In this document: positions 17,987 to 26,006 of the stretch, piece after piece
How positions within the stretch are numbered: position 1 is the stretch's first letter
Layout of the letters: each line of letters begins with the position of its first letter
NCBI GenBank assembly: GCA_035541895.1
Contig: DATKMK010000066.1
Location: 31,004-95,003 of the forward strand
DNA from: Candidatus Binatia bacterium
GTDB lineage: Bacteria; Desulfobacterota; Binatia; HRBIN30; JACQVA1
Direction of reading: 5' to 3'
Length of the DNA: 64,000 bases
Translations under genes and position numbers: made by a program
The notes under the pieces: generated by a model
Databases searched by the model: none
What the model saw: the letters and a program-made list of their open reading frames with translations, nothing else
What the model was told of the DNA's origin: nothing

Positions 17987-19123
17987 ATGAAGCTGCTCGT
18001 GCTGGGGTCTTCCAACGAGATCGGACCCGGCTCGTACGTCGATCATCTCGGGCGGCTTCCGGACTTCGAGATCATCAACCGATCCATCGGTGCATCGTCG
18101 ACCAGTGCCGGACTCTACGCTCTGCTGAGCGACGACACCCCGGACGTTCGCTACGCGTTGATCAACTACGAGGTCAACGACGAGGGCGTGCTGCAGACGC
18201 GAATACGGACCGCCGAAGAAGTCTCCCTGTCGGTTCGCACCTTGTTGTACCTGCTTCGAGCGCGCGGGTGCACGCCGGTGCTGACCATCTTGCCGAGTAC
18301 ACCCGCCCGCGATCGACCAAGTTGGGCTGAAACGTTGCATCGCACCCTCTGCCGGGAGGAAGGCGTCCATGTAGTCGGCGGCGCCGATCTGTTTCGCGCG
18401 GCATGGCGCACCGGGGGGCGATGGGACGAGATGTTGCGCGACCCGTTCCATATGGGGCTCGCCGCCACACCGATCGTCGCGGCGGCCTTTGCGCGCGCCT
18501 TCCGGGCGCTCGATGCGACCTCGCCGACGCCTCGAGAATGGACCACCACGATGCTGCCGATACGGGTGGTTCCAGCCGCGGTCCTGGTGCCGCCGGAGCG
18601 ACGGGTGTTCCGCGCCTCCAGTCACCGCAGCGCGTGGCACGCGGTGTTGCGGCTCGGCGAGCGGCTCACCGTGCCGGTCGGGCCGGGCGAGCGGTTGTTG
18701 GCTATGGCGATCAACAGCGGCGCGCCCGGTGCCACCGTGGCGTTCACCAGCGACGGCCAGCGCGTGGTGAAGCGGCTCGCCGTCTCTTTCAGCGAGAAGA
18801 CGCGAGGCGAATTTATCTCGGTGGTGGTCGATTTCAAGCAGGCGGTGCCGGGCGGCACGTCGGGAATCCTCATCGAAGTATTGCCGGCTGACGCGGAGGA
18901 GACCGAGCCCACGCTCCACCAACAACCAGTCGCCAACGGTCGCCCAGGCGTGATCGAGATCGAGGGGTTTGTGGTCGCCGCCGGTTCCCCGGTCGCGGCG
19001 AGTTGCACCGGCGTGGCGCGGCCGCGAGTCCCTTGCGAGCTCAGCGATGTGATCGACAGTGAGAAAGTGGTTGCGCGACTGGCGACCCTCGGAGACGCTC
19101 GGCTCGCTCGCCGCCAGGTCTAA
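17987..19123 (+). CDS. Hypothetical protein with an SGNH-like N-terminal half and an unknown C-terminal half
   Basis: MKLLVLGSSNEIG (block I-like), INYEVNDEG (block III-like), LRDPFHM (D-x-x-H). I recognise nothing in the C-terminal ~200 aa. Its stop overlaps the stop of the convergent gene. Confidence 0.4.
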   Translation: MKLLVLGSSNEIGPGSYVDHLGRLPDFEIINRSIGASSTSAGLYALLSDDTPDVRYALINYEVNDEGVLQTRIRTAEEVSLSVRTLLYLLRARGCTPVLTILPSTPARDRPSWAETLHRTLCREEGVHVVGGADLFRAAWRTGGRWDEMLRDPFHMGLAATPIVAAAFARAFRALDATSPTPREWTTTMLPIRVVPAAVLVPPERRVFRASSHRSAWHAVLRLGERLTVPVGPGERLLAMAINSGAPGATVAFTSDGQRVVKRLAVSFSEKTRGEFISVVVDFKQAVPGGTSGILIEVLPADAEETEPTLHQQPVANGRPGVIEIEGFVVAAGSPVAASCTGVARPRVPCELSDVIDSEKVVARLATLGDARLARRQV

Positions 19124-21324
19124 TCAGGTCTCACCGACCACGGTCGCGGCACTCGCGGTGGAAATGCCGGGGTAAACCCAGGCGAGACCAGACTCAGGTT
19201 GGGGTTGTAGGCCGGATCTGCGTTGAGGGTCGCGCCCCAACGTTGCAACATCAGCCGCTGCTCGCGCCGCAGGCGTCGCACCTTCTCCATGGTGTGATCG
19301 AGTCCGCGGGTCGCCGACTCCCGGTGATAGAGCTGTGCATACGGTGTCCACACGATGCGATACCCGCGTTGGCGCAGCCGCAAGCACAAGTCGACGTCAT
19401 TGTACGCGATTGGGAGTGCTTCATCCAGACCGCCAACGATATGGTACACCTCAGCACGGATGACCAGACACGCTGCGGTCACCGCTGAAACGTTCTGCAC
19501 GGCATCGGTGCGTGAACCCGCCATTGGATCGGGCTCGATCAAGCCGCGATTCCCGTGTCCCGCCAACTTGCCCAACCCGAGCACGATGCCGGCGTGCTGA
19601 ATCCGGCCGTCCGGATAGTACAGCTTGGCGCCGACCGCGCCCACCTCCGGTCGCAACGCGTGGCCGACCATTTCCGAAAGCCAGCCCGGCTCGATCGCCT
19701 CCACATCGTTGTTCAACAGCATCAAGATGTCTCCGCCGGCGTGAGCGGCGGCAAAGTTGTTGACGGCCGAAAAATTGAACGGCCGATCGAAGCGCAGTAG
19801 ACGCACGTCGGAATGCGCTTCCAGTTCCGTCAAGTAGGCGAGTGTTTCCGCGTCGTCCGACTGATTGTCGACGACCAGCAGCTCGAAGGGCGTATCGGCG
19901 GTCCTGCGAAGGGCCGTGACACAGCGTTCGAGCAACCTCCTCCCGTTTCGCGTCGGCACGATGATCGACACCAACGGCGGTGATGCTCCCACGGAATAGC
20001 GGATGCGAACCGAACCCGGTCCGTCGTCGATCGCTGCTGCCGTGACACCAACACGGTCGAGGTGGTCGCCGAGCACCCGTCGTACGATTTCGATCGCCGG
20101 CCGGACGGGGGCTGCGGGTGACTCGGCACGCCGGTGCTGCAAAACATGCGGCACATGCCGGATCCGTGTTTCGGAGACCGCGGTGCTCGCCCGCAACGCC
20201 AGGTCCCAACCGGCAAGCCCGTCGAGGCCCGCGCGCCAACCCCTGAGACTTCGGAGCAGGCTGGTACGGTAGATGATGAGCGACCCGATTAGAGGCTGAC
20301 TGCGGAGCAGATCGGGGTTCCAATCGGGCTTGAACATCGGAGTGTGTCGCTGCCCGCTGCGGTTTACGTGATCCTCGTCGCCGTAGATGACGAGCGCATC
20401 GGGATGGGCGTTGCATTCAACGGCCACGCTGTACAGTGCATACGGTGCGAGCTGAGCCTCGGGCGTCACGACGACGCAGAACGTCCCAGCGGCCTGCGCG
20501 AGGGCCAAGTTCAGCGCGTCGGTCGGGCATCCCGAGTTCGGCGCAACGAGCACTCGTATGCGACCGTTTTCGTCGCTGGATTGAGGTGTCGCGGTCGCTG
20601 CATCGACCGATTCGGAGCTGGTGACGAGCAACAGCTCCCAATGGGGATACCACTGATCGTGCACGGAGCGGATCGCCGCGGCGGTCTCAGGCGCGGCGTG
20701 GCGAGTCACAGGAACGATGCAGGTGAACGTTGGCCGATTGCGAAGCTGCGCGAGGTGCCGGCGGACTTCACACGCTTCAGGTTCCCCGGGTGCGTCGTAG
20801 CGGCGCACCCATTCGGCGTAGGCATCCGGCAGGCGCGGCCCGGCGCTCAGTGTCAGCGCCGCACTCAGCTCGTGAACGCCGTGCTGCAACAACACGTCTA
20901 TGCAGCGACGAAAGAAGTGCCACGCCATCGCTGGTTCCCGCAGGACAACGGTCGCGTACGGGCGTAGTTGCCTACGGAGTGTTTGGAGCGCGCTGAGTTC
21001 CTTGATCTGCAGCGGCGCAGGGTCACCGAAACTCGCCGGTGGCAGCCGAATCCGCAGGTCGCGCACTCGCCCGGGCAGTCGGATCAGCACTGGCGTGCGC
21101 GTCGTGTCGCGTGCGGGTAGCAGGTAGTTCTGCGACTGCGCTTCTGCCGTCTCCGCAACCAACACCAGCCGGCCGCGCGGGTCACCGGCGTTCTGCCAGC
21201 GGTACGCAGCCGTCACCCATCCGCAGGGCAGTGCCTGACGGTCTGATCGGAGGCGGAACTCGGGATGCGGTCTCTGCAACCGATCGGCACCGCTGCTCGC
21301 GTCGTCGATCCGCTCCAACGACAT
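19120..21324 (-). CDS. Large glycosyltransferase with two GT2 domains and an N-terminal extension
   Basis: First GT2: FTCIVPVTRHAAPETAAAIRSVHDQWYPHWELLLV ... YGDEDH. Second GT2: VSIIVPTRNGRRLLERCVTALRRTADTPFELLVVDNQSDD ... MLLNNDVE. Start uncertain: ATG at 21324 chosen, ORF open to 21621. Confidence 0.75.
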   Translation of the reverse strand: MSLERIDDASSGADRLQRPHPEFRLRSDRQALPCGWVTAAYRWQNAGDPRGRLVLVAETAEAQSQNYLLPARDTTRTPVLIRLPGRVRDLRIRLPPASFGDPAPLQIKELSALQTLRRQLRPYATVVLREPAMAWHFFRRCIDVLLQHGVHELSAALTLSAGPRLPDAYAEWVRRYDAPGEPEACEVRRHLAQLRNRPTFTCIVPVTRHAAPETAAAIRSVHDQWYPHWELLLVTSSESVDAATATPQSSDENGRIRVLVAPNSGCPTDALNLALAQAAGTFCVVVTPEAQLAPYALYSVAVECNAHPDALVIYGDEDHVNRSGQRHTPMFKPDWNPDLLRSQPLIGSLIIYRTSLLRSLRGWRAGLDGLAGWDLALRASTAVSETRIRHVPHVLQHRRAESPAAPVRPAIEIVRRVLGDHLDRVGVTAAAIDDGPGSVRIRYSVGASPPLVSIIVPTRNGRRLLERCVTALRRTADTPFELLVVDNQSDDAETLAYLTELEAHSDVRLLRFDRPFNFSAVNNFAAAHAGGDILMLLNNDVEAIEPGWLSEMVGHALRPEVGAVGAKLYYPDGRIQHAGIVLGLGKLAGHGNRGLIEPDPMAGSRTDAVQNVSAVTAACLVIRAEVYHIVGGLDEALPIAYNDVDLCLRLRQRGYRIVWTPYAQLYHRESATRGLDHTMEKVRRLRREQRLMLQRWGATLNADPAYNPNLSLVSPGFTPAFPPRVPRPWSVRPD

Positions 21325-21626
21325 CCGGTGCAAGGCGGTATGGATGCGCCAACGCACCGGCCCCTTCGAGACGCGATCGCCCCGTCGGGGCGGTACCTTC
21401 GTCGGTGTGATCACGGCCTCCAGGTGGGCCGACTCCGGGCCGTATAGTCCTGCCGCATTTCCGCGGAAGCTACCACGAGATTCGCGGTCTGCACAGCGTG
21501 CTCCACCCCCATGGGTAGGCAGTCTGGTTGGACCGATGCCGGTTACTTGAGGTATCAACACGCCGCCGTGTCGACTACGACCAGAGGCTGCGCCGGCAAT
21601 TCGTGAAAGGTCAACGCCCACGCCCC

Positions 21627-22925
21627 GTGACGCCGACGATTCTCTTCACGACGCCATATCTGCGCCACCCGGCGGCGGGCGGTTATCTGCTCGGGATCGA
21701 GAATTCAATCAAAGCTCTCGCGCGGATCGCCCGCCTCCACATTCACAGCCGGGATTACCTGGTGGGATCGCAGCTCGCGTGCACACTGAGCTACTACCAG
21801 CGGTTCTGTACGCAAATTCACACCAGTTCCCTGACCGAGACCACGATTGCGCAGCCGGGGTTCGCACGGCGCGCGATGAACTATATTGCTCGCCGAACGA
21901 CTGGGCGGAATCTCCTAGACAGACGGCGGCCGGCCTCGCGTGTCGAACAGGATTGCGCCGAGATTGTGCGGATCGCCGGCCAAGTCGAACCCGACGTCAT
22001 TTGGCTCGGTCTTGGGGCGATCTCCTATTCACTGGTGCGCCTCGTCACGGCGCGCACTTCGTGCAAGGTCGTGGTACAAGCGGATGGTGTGTATTCACGC
22101 TCAGTGTTGAGCGGGCTTCCCTATGCGCGCAGCGAGCAGGCCCGCCGTCGGGTGGTTGAGGAGGGCAGGATCAGGCTCGAAGAGGAACGCTGGGGCACGC
22201 CACTCGCGGACGTGACGACCGCGGTGTCCGAGATCGAGATGGAATACTATCGGCAGTTGGCTCCAGCGGCGGAGACGGTGCACTTCTTCCCCAATGTGGT
22301 CGACCTGGACCTGTACCGCGACACTCCGGCATCTCCACCGGGTTTGCAGAGGCCCTGTCTCTACCTGGCCGGCACGTTCTGGCGCGACGACTCTCCCCTC
22401 GGCGGCTCTCCGATGGAAGATGCCGCCCGATGGATGGTGAACGAGGTGCTTCCCCTCGTGCGACAACGGATTCCGAACGCCCACCTGTACATTGTGGGGA
22501 CCGATTCCGACGAAGTTGTAGGTGACCTGGCCGGTCCAGGCACAACTGTCAGCGGTGCACTCCCCTCGGTTCTGCCGTATCTGGGTCACGCGGATGTCGC
22601 CCTGGTTCCGCTGCGGTTCGGATCGGGCACGCGCCTCAAAATCCTCGAAGCGGGGGCCTGCGGCACTCCCATCGTGTCGACCACCCTCGGTGCCGAGGGT
22701 CTCCCGGTTCAGCATGAGCAGCACCTGCTCATCGCCGACTCTCCTGAGGATTTCGCGATGTCGATCGTGCGACTCGTGACCGAGAGGAATCTCGCTCTGC
22801 ATCTGGCAATGAACCTCAAGGCACTGGTCGCTGCGCGCTTCAGTGTTTCGGCTCTCGCCGAAGCTGGACGGAACATCTTGAGGTACTTGAGGGTCACCGG
22901 CGATGACAGCGCCAAGCTCGCGTGA
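21627..22925 (+). CDS. Glycosyltransferase, GT4 (group 1) family
   Basis: ILFTTPYLRHPAAGGY at the N-terminus and PLRFGSGTRLKILEAGACGTPIVSTTLGAEG in the C-terminal half. The start is uncertain; the GTG at 21627 is chosen so it does not overlap the divergent gene, and the ORF is open from 21528. Confidence 0.7.
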   Translation: MTPTILFTTPYLRHPAAGGYLLGIENSIKALARIARLHIHSRDYLVGSQLACTLSYYQRFCTQIHTSSLTETTIAQPGFARRAMNYIARRTTGRNLLDRRRPASRVEQDCAEIVRIAGQVEPDVIWLGLGAISYSLVRLVTARTSCKVVVQADGVYSRSVLSGLPYARSEQARRRVVEEGRIRLEEERWGTPLADVTTAVSEIEMEYYRQLAPAAETVHFFPNVVDLDLYRDTPASPPGLQRPCLYLAGTFWRDDSPLGGSPMEDAARWMVNEVLPLVRQRIPNAHLYIVGTDSDEVVGDLAGPGTTVSGALPSVLPYLGHADVALVPLRFGSGTRLKILEAGACGTPIVSTTLGAEGLPVQHEQHLLIADSPEDFAMSIVRLVTERNLALHLAMNLKALVAARFSVSALAEAGRNILRYLRVTGDDSAKLA

Positions 22926-22989
22926 TCAGCGGACGAATCATCCAGGGTCCGGTGTTGGTTCGACGGCAGTTGAAACCGACCGTCGCAAC

Positions 22990-24213
22990 ATGAAGCGCGT
23001 CGCCAGCGCACGTCCGCTCGTCAGCGCCGTCATTCCGACGCGCAACCGCGCCCACTGCTTGCCCCGCGCCATCGATTCGATGCGGGCGCAGGAAGGTCTG
23101 GGCGAGCAGTTCAACCTCGAGGTCATCGTCGTCGACGACGCCTCGTCGGACGCAACACCCGACGTGGTTCACTCATACGCCGACCTGTATTACATCCGAC
23201 TCCCGGAGCGACGCGGCGTGGGCGCCGCGCTCAATGTCGGGCTGCGGGCGAGTACCGGCTGCTACGTTTCGATCCTGGGCGACGATGACGAGTGGCTGCC
23301 GCATAAGTTGCGGACGCAAGTTCCCGAACTTGATGCGCACCCCGACGTCGGCGTGGTGTACGGACAGAGCCGCATTCGCAAAGGCAACGAGGAACGCTTG
23401 TACCCGCGGGCGGAAGATGCCCATTCCGGTTGGGTGTTTGAGGCGATGTTGATGGACAACTTCGCCGGCCACCATGCCAGCGCGCTGATCCGCCGCGCCG
23501 TCTTCGACACGGTCGGCTACTTCGATGAAACGCTGAGCACGTACGAAGACTACGACCTGTCGTTGCGCATCGCCCGCCACTTCCCATTCCGGTTCGTGCC
23601 CGGTGCGGTCGACATCTACAATCTGTCGCCGCGGGGATTGTGGCTGAGTCATTCCGTGACCGAATCCGGGGTCAGCAACCTCGCCCGGGTGATCGAGACC
23701 GCGCTACGACTGCTACCCGATTCCGCCACATCGGCGAAAGTGAAACGGGAGGCGCGGGCGCGTGCGGCGCTCGGCGCCGTTAATCCGTTCATCGAAGCTG
23801 GCGACCTCGCACGCGCTTGGTCCGTCCTGATCGCGGCGCTCGGCACATGTCCGTGGCTGGCCGAGTATGAGTGGGCGCGCGATACCGTCCGCTGGCTAAG
23901 CCACGCGCAGGCGCGAACGGCGAACTCGCCGGTGATTGCCACCCGCGACTTTTGCAATCAGATCAAGGCCGCGACTACGAGCGCCGGCATGAGTGATCGA
24001 CGGCGGATACGCACGATGATCGCCAAGATGTGGGCGACAATGGCCGCGTCGCTTCTCGCCGACGAGAGTGCGAGCAATCACGATGCCGCCTACGCGGCCG
24101 GCTGTGCTGTGGCGCACGCGCCGCTGTACATCGTGCGCAACGGGTTGCTGCGCGGTATCGCGCGGGGCGCCCTGAGGCGCGCGGTTCTCGGAGGAGGCGA
24201 GAGTCAGCGGTGA
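22990..24213 (+). CDS. Glycosyltransferase family 2 with a C-terminal extension
   Basis: VSAVIPTRNRAHCLPRAIDSMRAQ ... LEVIVVDDASSDAT and ILGDDDEW. Start at the ATG at 22990 (MKRVASARPL); the ORF is open from 22903. Confidence 0.8.
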   Translation: MKRVASARPLVSAVIPTRNRAHCLPRAIDSMRAQEGLGEQFNLEVIVVDDASSDATPDVVHSYADLYYIRLPERRGVGAALNVGLRASTGCYVSILGDDDEWLPHKLRTQVPELDAHPDVGVVYGQSRIRKGNEERLYPRAEDAHSGWVFEAMLMDNFAGHHASALIRRAVFDTVGYFDETLSTYEDYDLSLRIARHFPFRFVPGAVDIYNLSPRGLWLSHSVTESGVSNLARVIETALRLLPDSATSAKVKREARARAALGAVNPFIEAGDLARAWSVLIAALGTCPWLAEYEWARDTVRWLSHAQARTANSPVIATRDFCNQIKAATTSAGMSDRRRIRTMIAKMWATMAASLLADESASNHDAAYAAGCAVAHAPLYIVRNGLLRGIARGALRRAVLGGGESQR

Positions 24214-24291
24214 GATAGTGAGTAGTGAGCCGTGAGTAGTGAGTAGGAGGCCTCTTCCTACCACGCACCGCTCACGACTCATCATTTACCA
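24214..24291. repeat. GTGAG-rich palindromic intergenic element, copy A (fills the whole spacer between two convergent stops)
   Basis: Runs of (T)AGTGAG (gatAGTGAGTAGTGAGccGTGAGTAGTGAGTAGGAGG). GTGAGTAGTGAG (24232-24243) can pair with CTCACGACTCAT (24271-24282) around an inner GTAGGA/TCCTAC hairpin. The 3' 26 nt, CACCGCTCACGACTCATCATTTACCA, recur at 50311-50336 with 24 of 26 identical. Confidence 0.6.
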
Positions 24292-25842
24292 TCAAATCGC
24301 CCGCTCGCGGCCTTGCCAATACGGATCGCGCAGCTTGCGTTTGTAGAGCTTGCCGTTGGGATCGCGCGGCATCGCGGCGATGAAGTCGATGGTGCGCGGA
24401 CACTTGTACTTCGCGGTTTTCTGCAGGCAGTAGTCGAGGATCTCCTGCGCCAGCGTCGGTGACGGCGCGATCCCCGGCGCGGGCTCGATCACCGCTTTCA
24501 CCTCTTCGCCCCAATCTTCGTTCGGTATGCCGAACACCGCTGCGTCGGCAACCTTCGGATGCGTGAGCAGGACGGACTCGACCTCGGTTGGATAGATGTT
24601 GACGCCGCCCGCGATGATCATGTCGATCTTGCGATCGCACAGAAACAGATAGCCCTCATCGTTGAGGTAGCCGACGTCGCCGACGGTGAAGAAGCCGTCG
24701 CGGCGGTTCTTCTCGGTCTTCTCCTTGTCCTTGTGGTACTCGAACTCGGCCGGGCCGAGCGCCATGTACACGGTGCCGGGCGTGCCGGTCGGAACTGGGT
24801 TGCCGTCGTCGTCGAGAATGCGAATCTCCGAGGTCGGCCAGGCGCGACCGACGGTGCCGGGATGCTTGAGCCACTCTTCCGGTGTGACCAACGTGCCGCC
24901 GCCTTCGCTCGCCGCGTAGTACTCGTAAATGACCGGTCCCCACCACGCCAGCATGCGTTGCTTGACATCGACCGGGCAGGGCGCGGCCGCGTGGATCATG
25001 TGTCGAAGCGACTTCAATTCGTATTTGGCCTTCACGTCGTCCGGCAGTGCTAGGAGTCGGTGAAACTGAGTCGGGACCATGTGGCTGGTGGTGACGCGGT
25101 ACTGATCGATGCAATCGAGACACGCCTGCGGTGTCCACTTGTCCATCAATACCACGGCGTGGCCGATGTGCAGCGACGACCCGGCGAACATCAATACCGC
25201 GGTGTGGTAGAGCGGGGATCCGACCAGGTGGACGTTGTCGTTGTGCGGCTGGATGCCGAACATGCCGAGGAACATCGCGAACATCGAGGCCACCATGTCG
25301 GGATCGTATGGCGCGAGCGCGCGGCGCACGCCCTTCGGCCGGCCAGTGGTGCCCGACGTGTAGTTCATGACCTGTCCGGCACAGCGGTCCTCGGGCAACG
25401 TCGTCGGCTGCGCGGCTTTGAGATCGCTGTACGGGCGGAAGCCGGCGACGCGCCCGAGCGCGAAGCGCGCATTGGGTGGGAACTTGATCTCTTCAACCGC
25501 ATCGGCGCACGCCGGTGCAAAGCGTTCGGCACCGACGAACGTCTTGGCGCCGGAGTTGTCGAGAATGTATGCGACCTCGGAGGCGGTCAGATGGTGATTG
25601 ATCGGCACCAAGTACCAGCCGGCCTGACCGGCGGCGAGGTACAGCTCGATCATCGGCGCGCCGTTCGGGAGCACGGTAGCGAGGACGTCGCCGCGTTGCA
25701 GTCCGAGTTGACGCAATCCATGGACGAGTTGATTCGCCGACGCGAGGAGCTCCCCCGCGCTGACCGTATGTCCATCGGGCTCAACCAGTGCGAGATGCGC
25801 TGGGTTCTGTTGCGCAAGATTCCAAAAGCCGAAGTCCGACAT
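24292..25842 (-). CDS. Acyl-CoA synthetase / AMP-dependent ligase
   Basis: AMP-binding motif NYTSGTTGRPKGV, later YYAASEGGG and GDVGYLNDEGYLFLCDRKIDMIIAGGVNIYPTEVE; 516 aa. Confidence 0.85.
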   Translation of the reverse strand: MSDFGFWNLAQQNPAHLALVEPDGHTVSAGELLASANQLVHGLRQLGLQRGDVLATVLPNGAPMIELYLAAGQAGWYLVPINHHLTASEVAYILDNSGAKTFVGAERFAPACADAVEEIKFPPNARFALGRVAGFRPYSDLKAAQPTTLPEDRCAGQVMNYTSGTTGRPKGVRRALAPYDPDMVASMFAMFLGMFGIQPHNDNVHLVGSPLYHTAVLMFAGSSLHIGHAVVLMDKWTPQACLDCIDQYRVTTSHMVPTQFHRLLALPDDVKAKYELKSLRHMIHAAAPCPVDVKQRMLAWWGPVIYEYYAASEGGGTLVTPEEWLKHPGTVGRAWPTSEIRILDDDGNPVPTGTPGTVYMALGPAEFEYHKDKEKTEKNRRDGFFTVGDVGYLNDEGYLFLCDRKIDMIIAGGVNIYPTEVESVLLTHPKVADAAVFGIPNEDWGEEVKAVIEPAPGIAPSPTLAQEILDYCLQKTAKYKCPRTIDFIAAMPRDPNGKLYKRKLRDPYWQGRERAI

Positions 25843-25948
25843 CGGGAGAGCCTCCGCGTGCGGTGAAGTCCCGCACGGTTAACAAATGTTCGCTTTCGGG
25901 TCTACTGCCACCGCCGGCGGGCAGTATCTGCTCAGAAGTCCCGTTGGG

Positions 25949-25990
25949 GGCGGCCCTCCATGGCCGCCGGACAGGCGCGGAGGCCTGTCC
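25949..25990 (-). terminator. Two adjacent GC-rich hairpins just downstream of the rhamnosidase stop (candidate intrinsic terminator, no U-tract)
   Basis: GGCGGCC-ctccat-GGCCGCC (25949-25968) and GGACAGGC-gcggag-GCCTGTCC (25969-25990), starting 17 nt after the stop at 26007 on the minus strand. Confidence 0.3.
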
Positions 25991-26006
25991 CCACTGGACC
26001 AACCCG

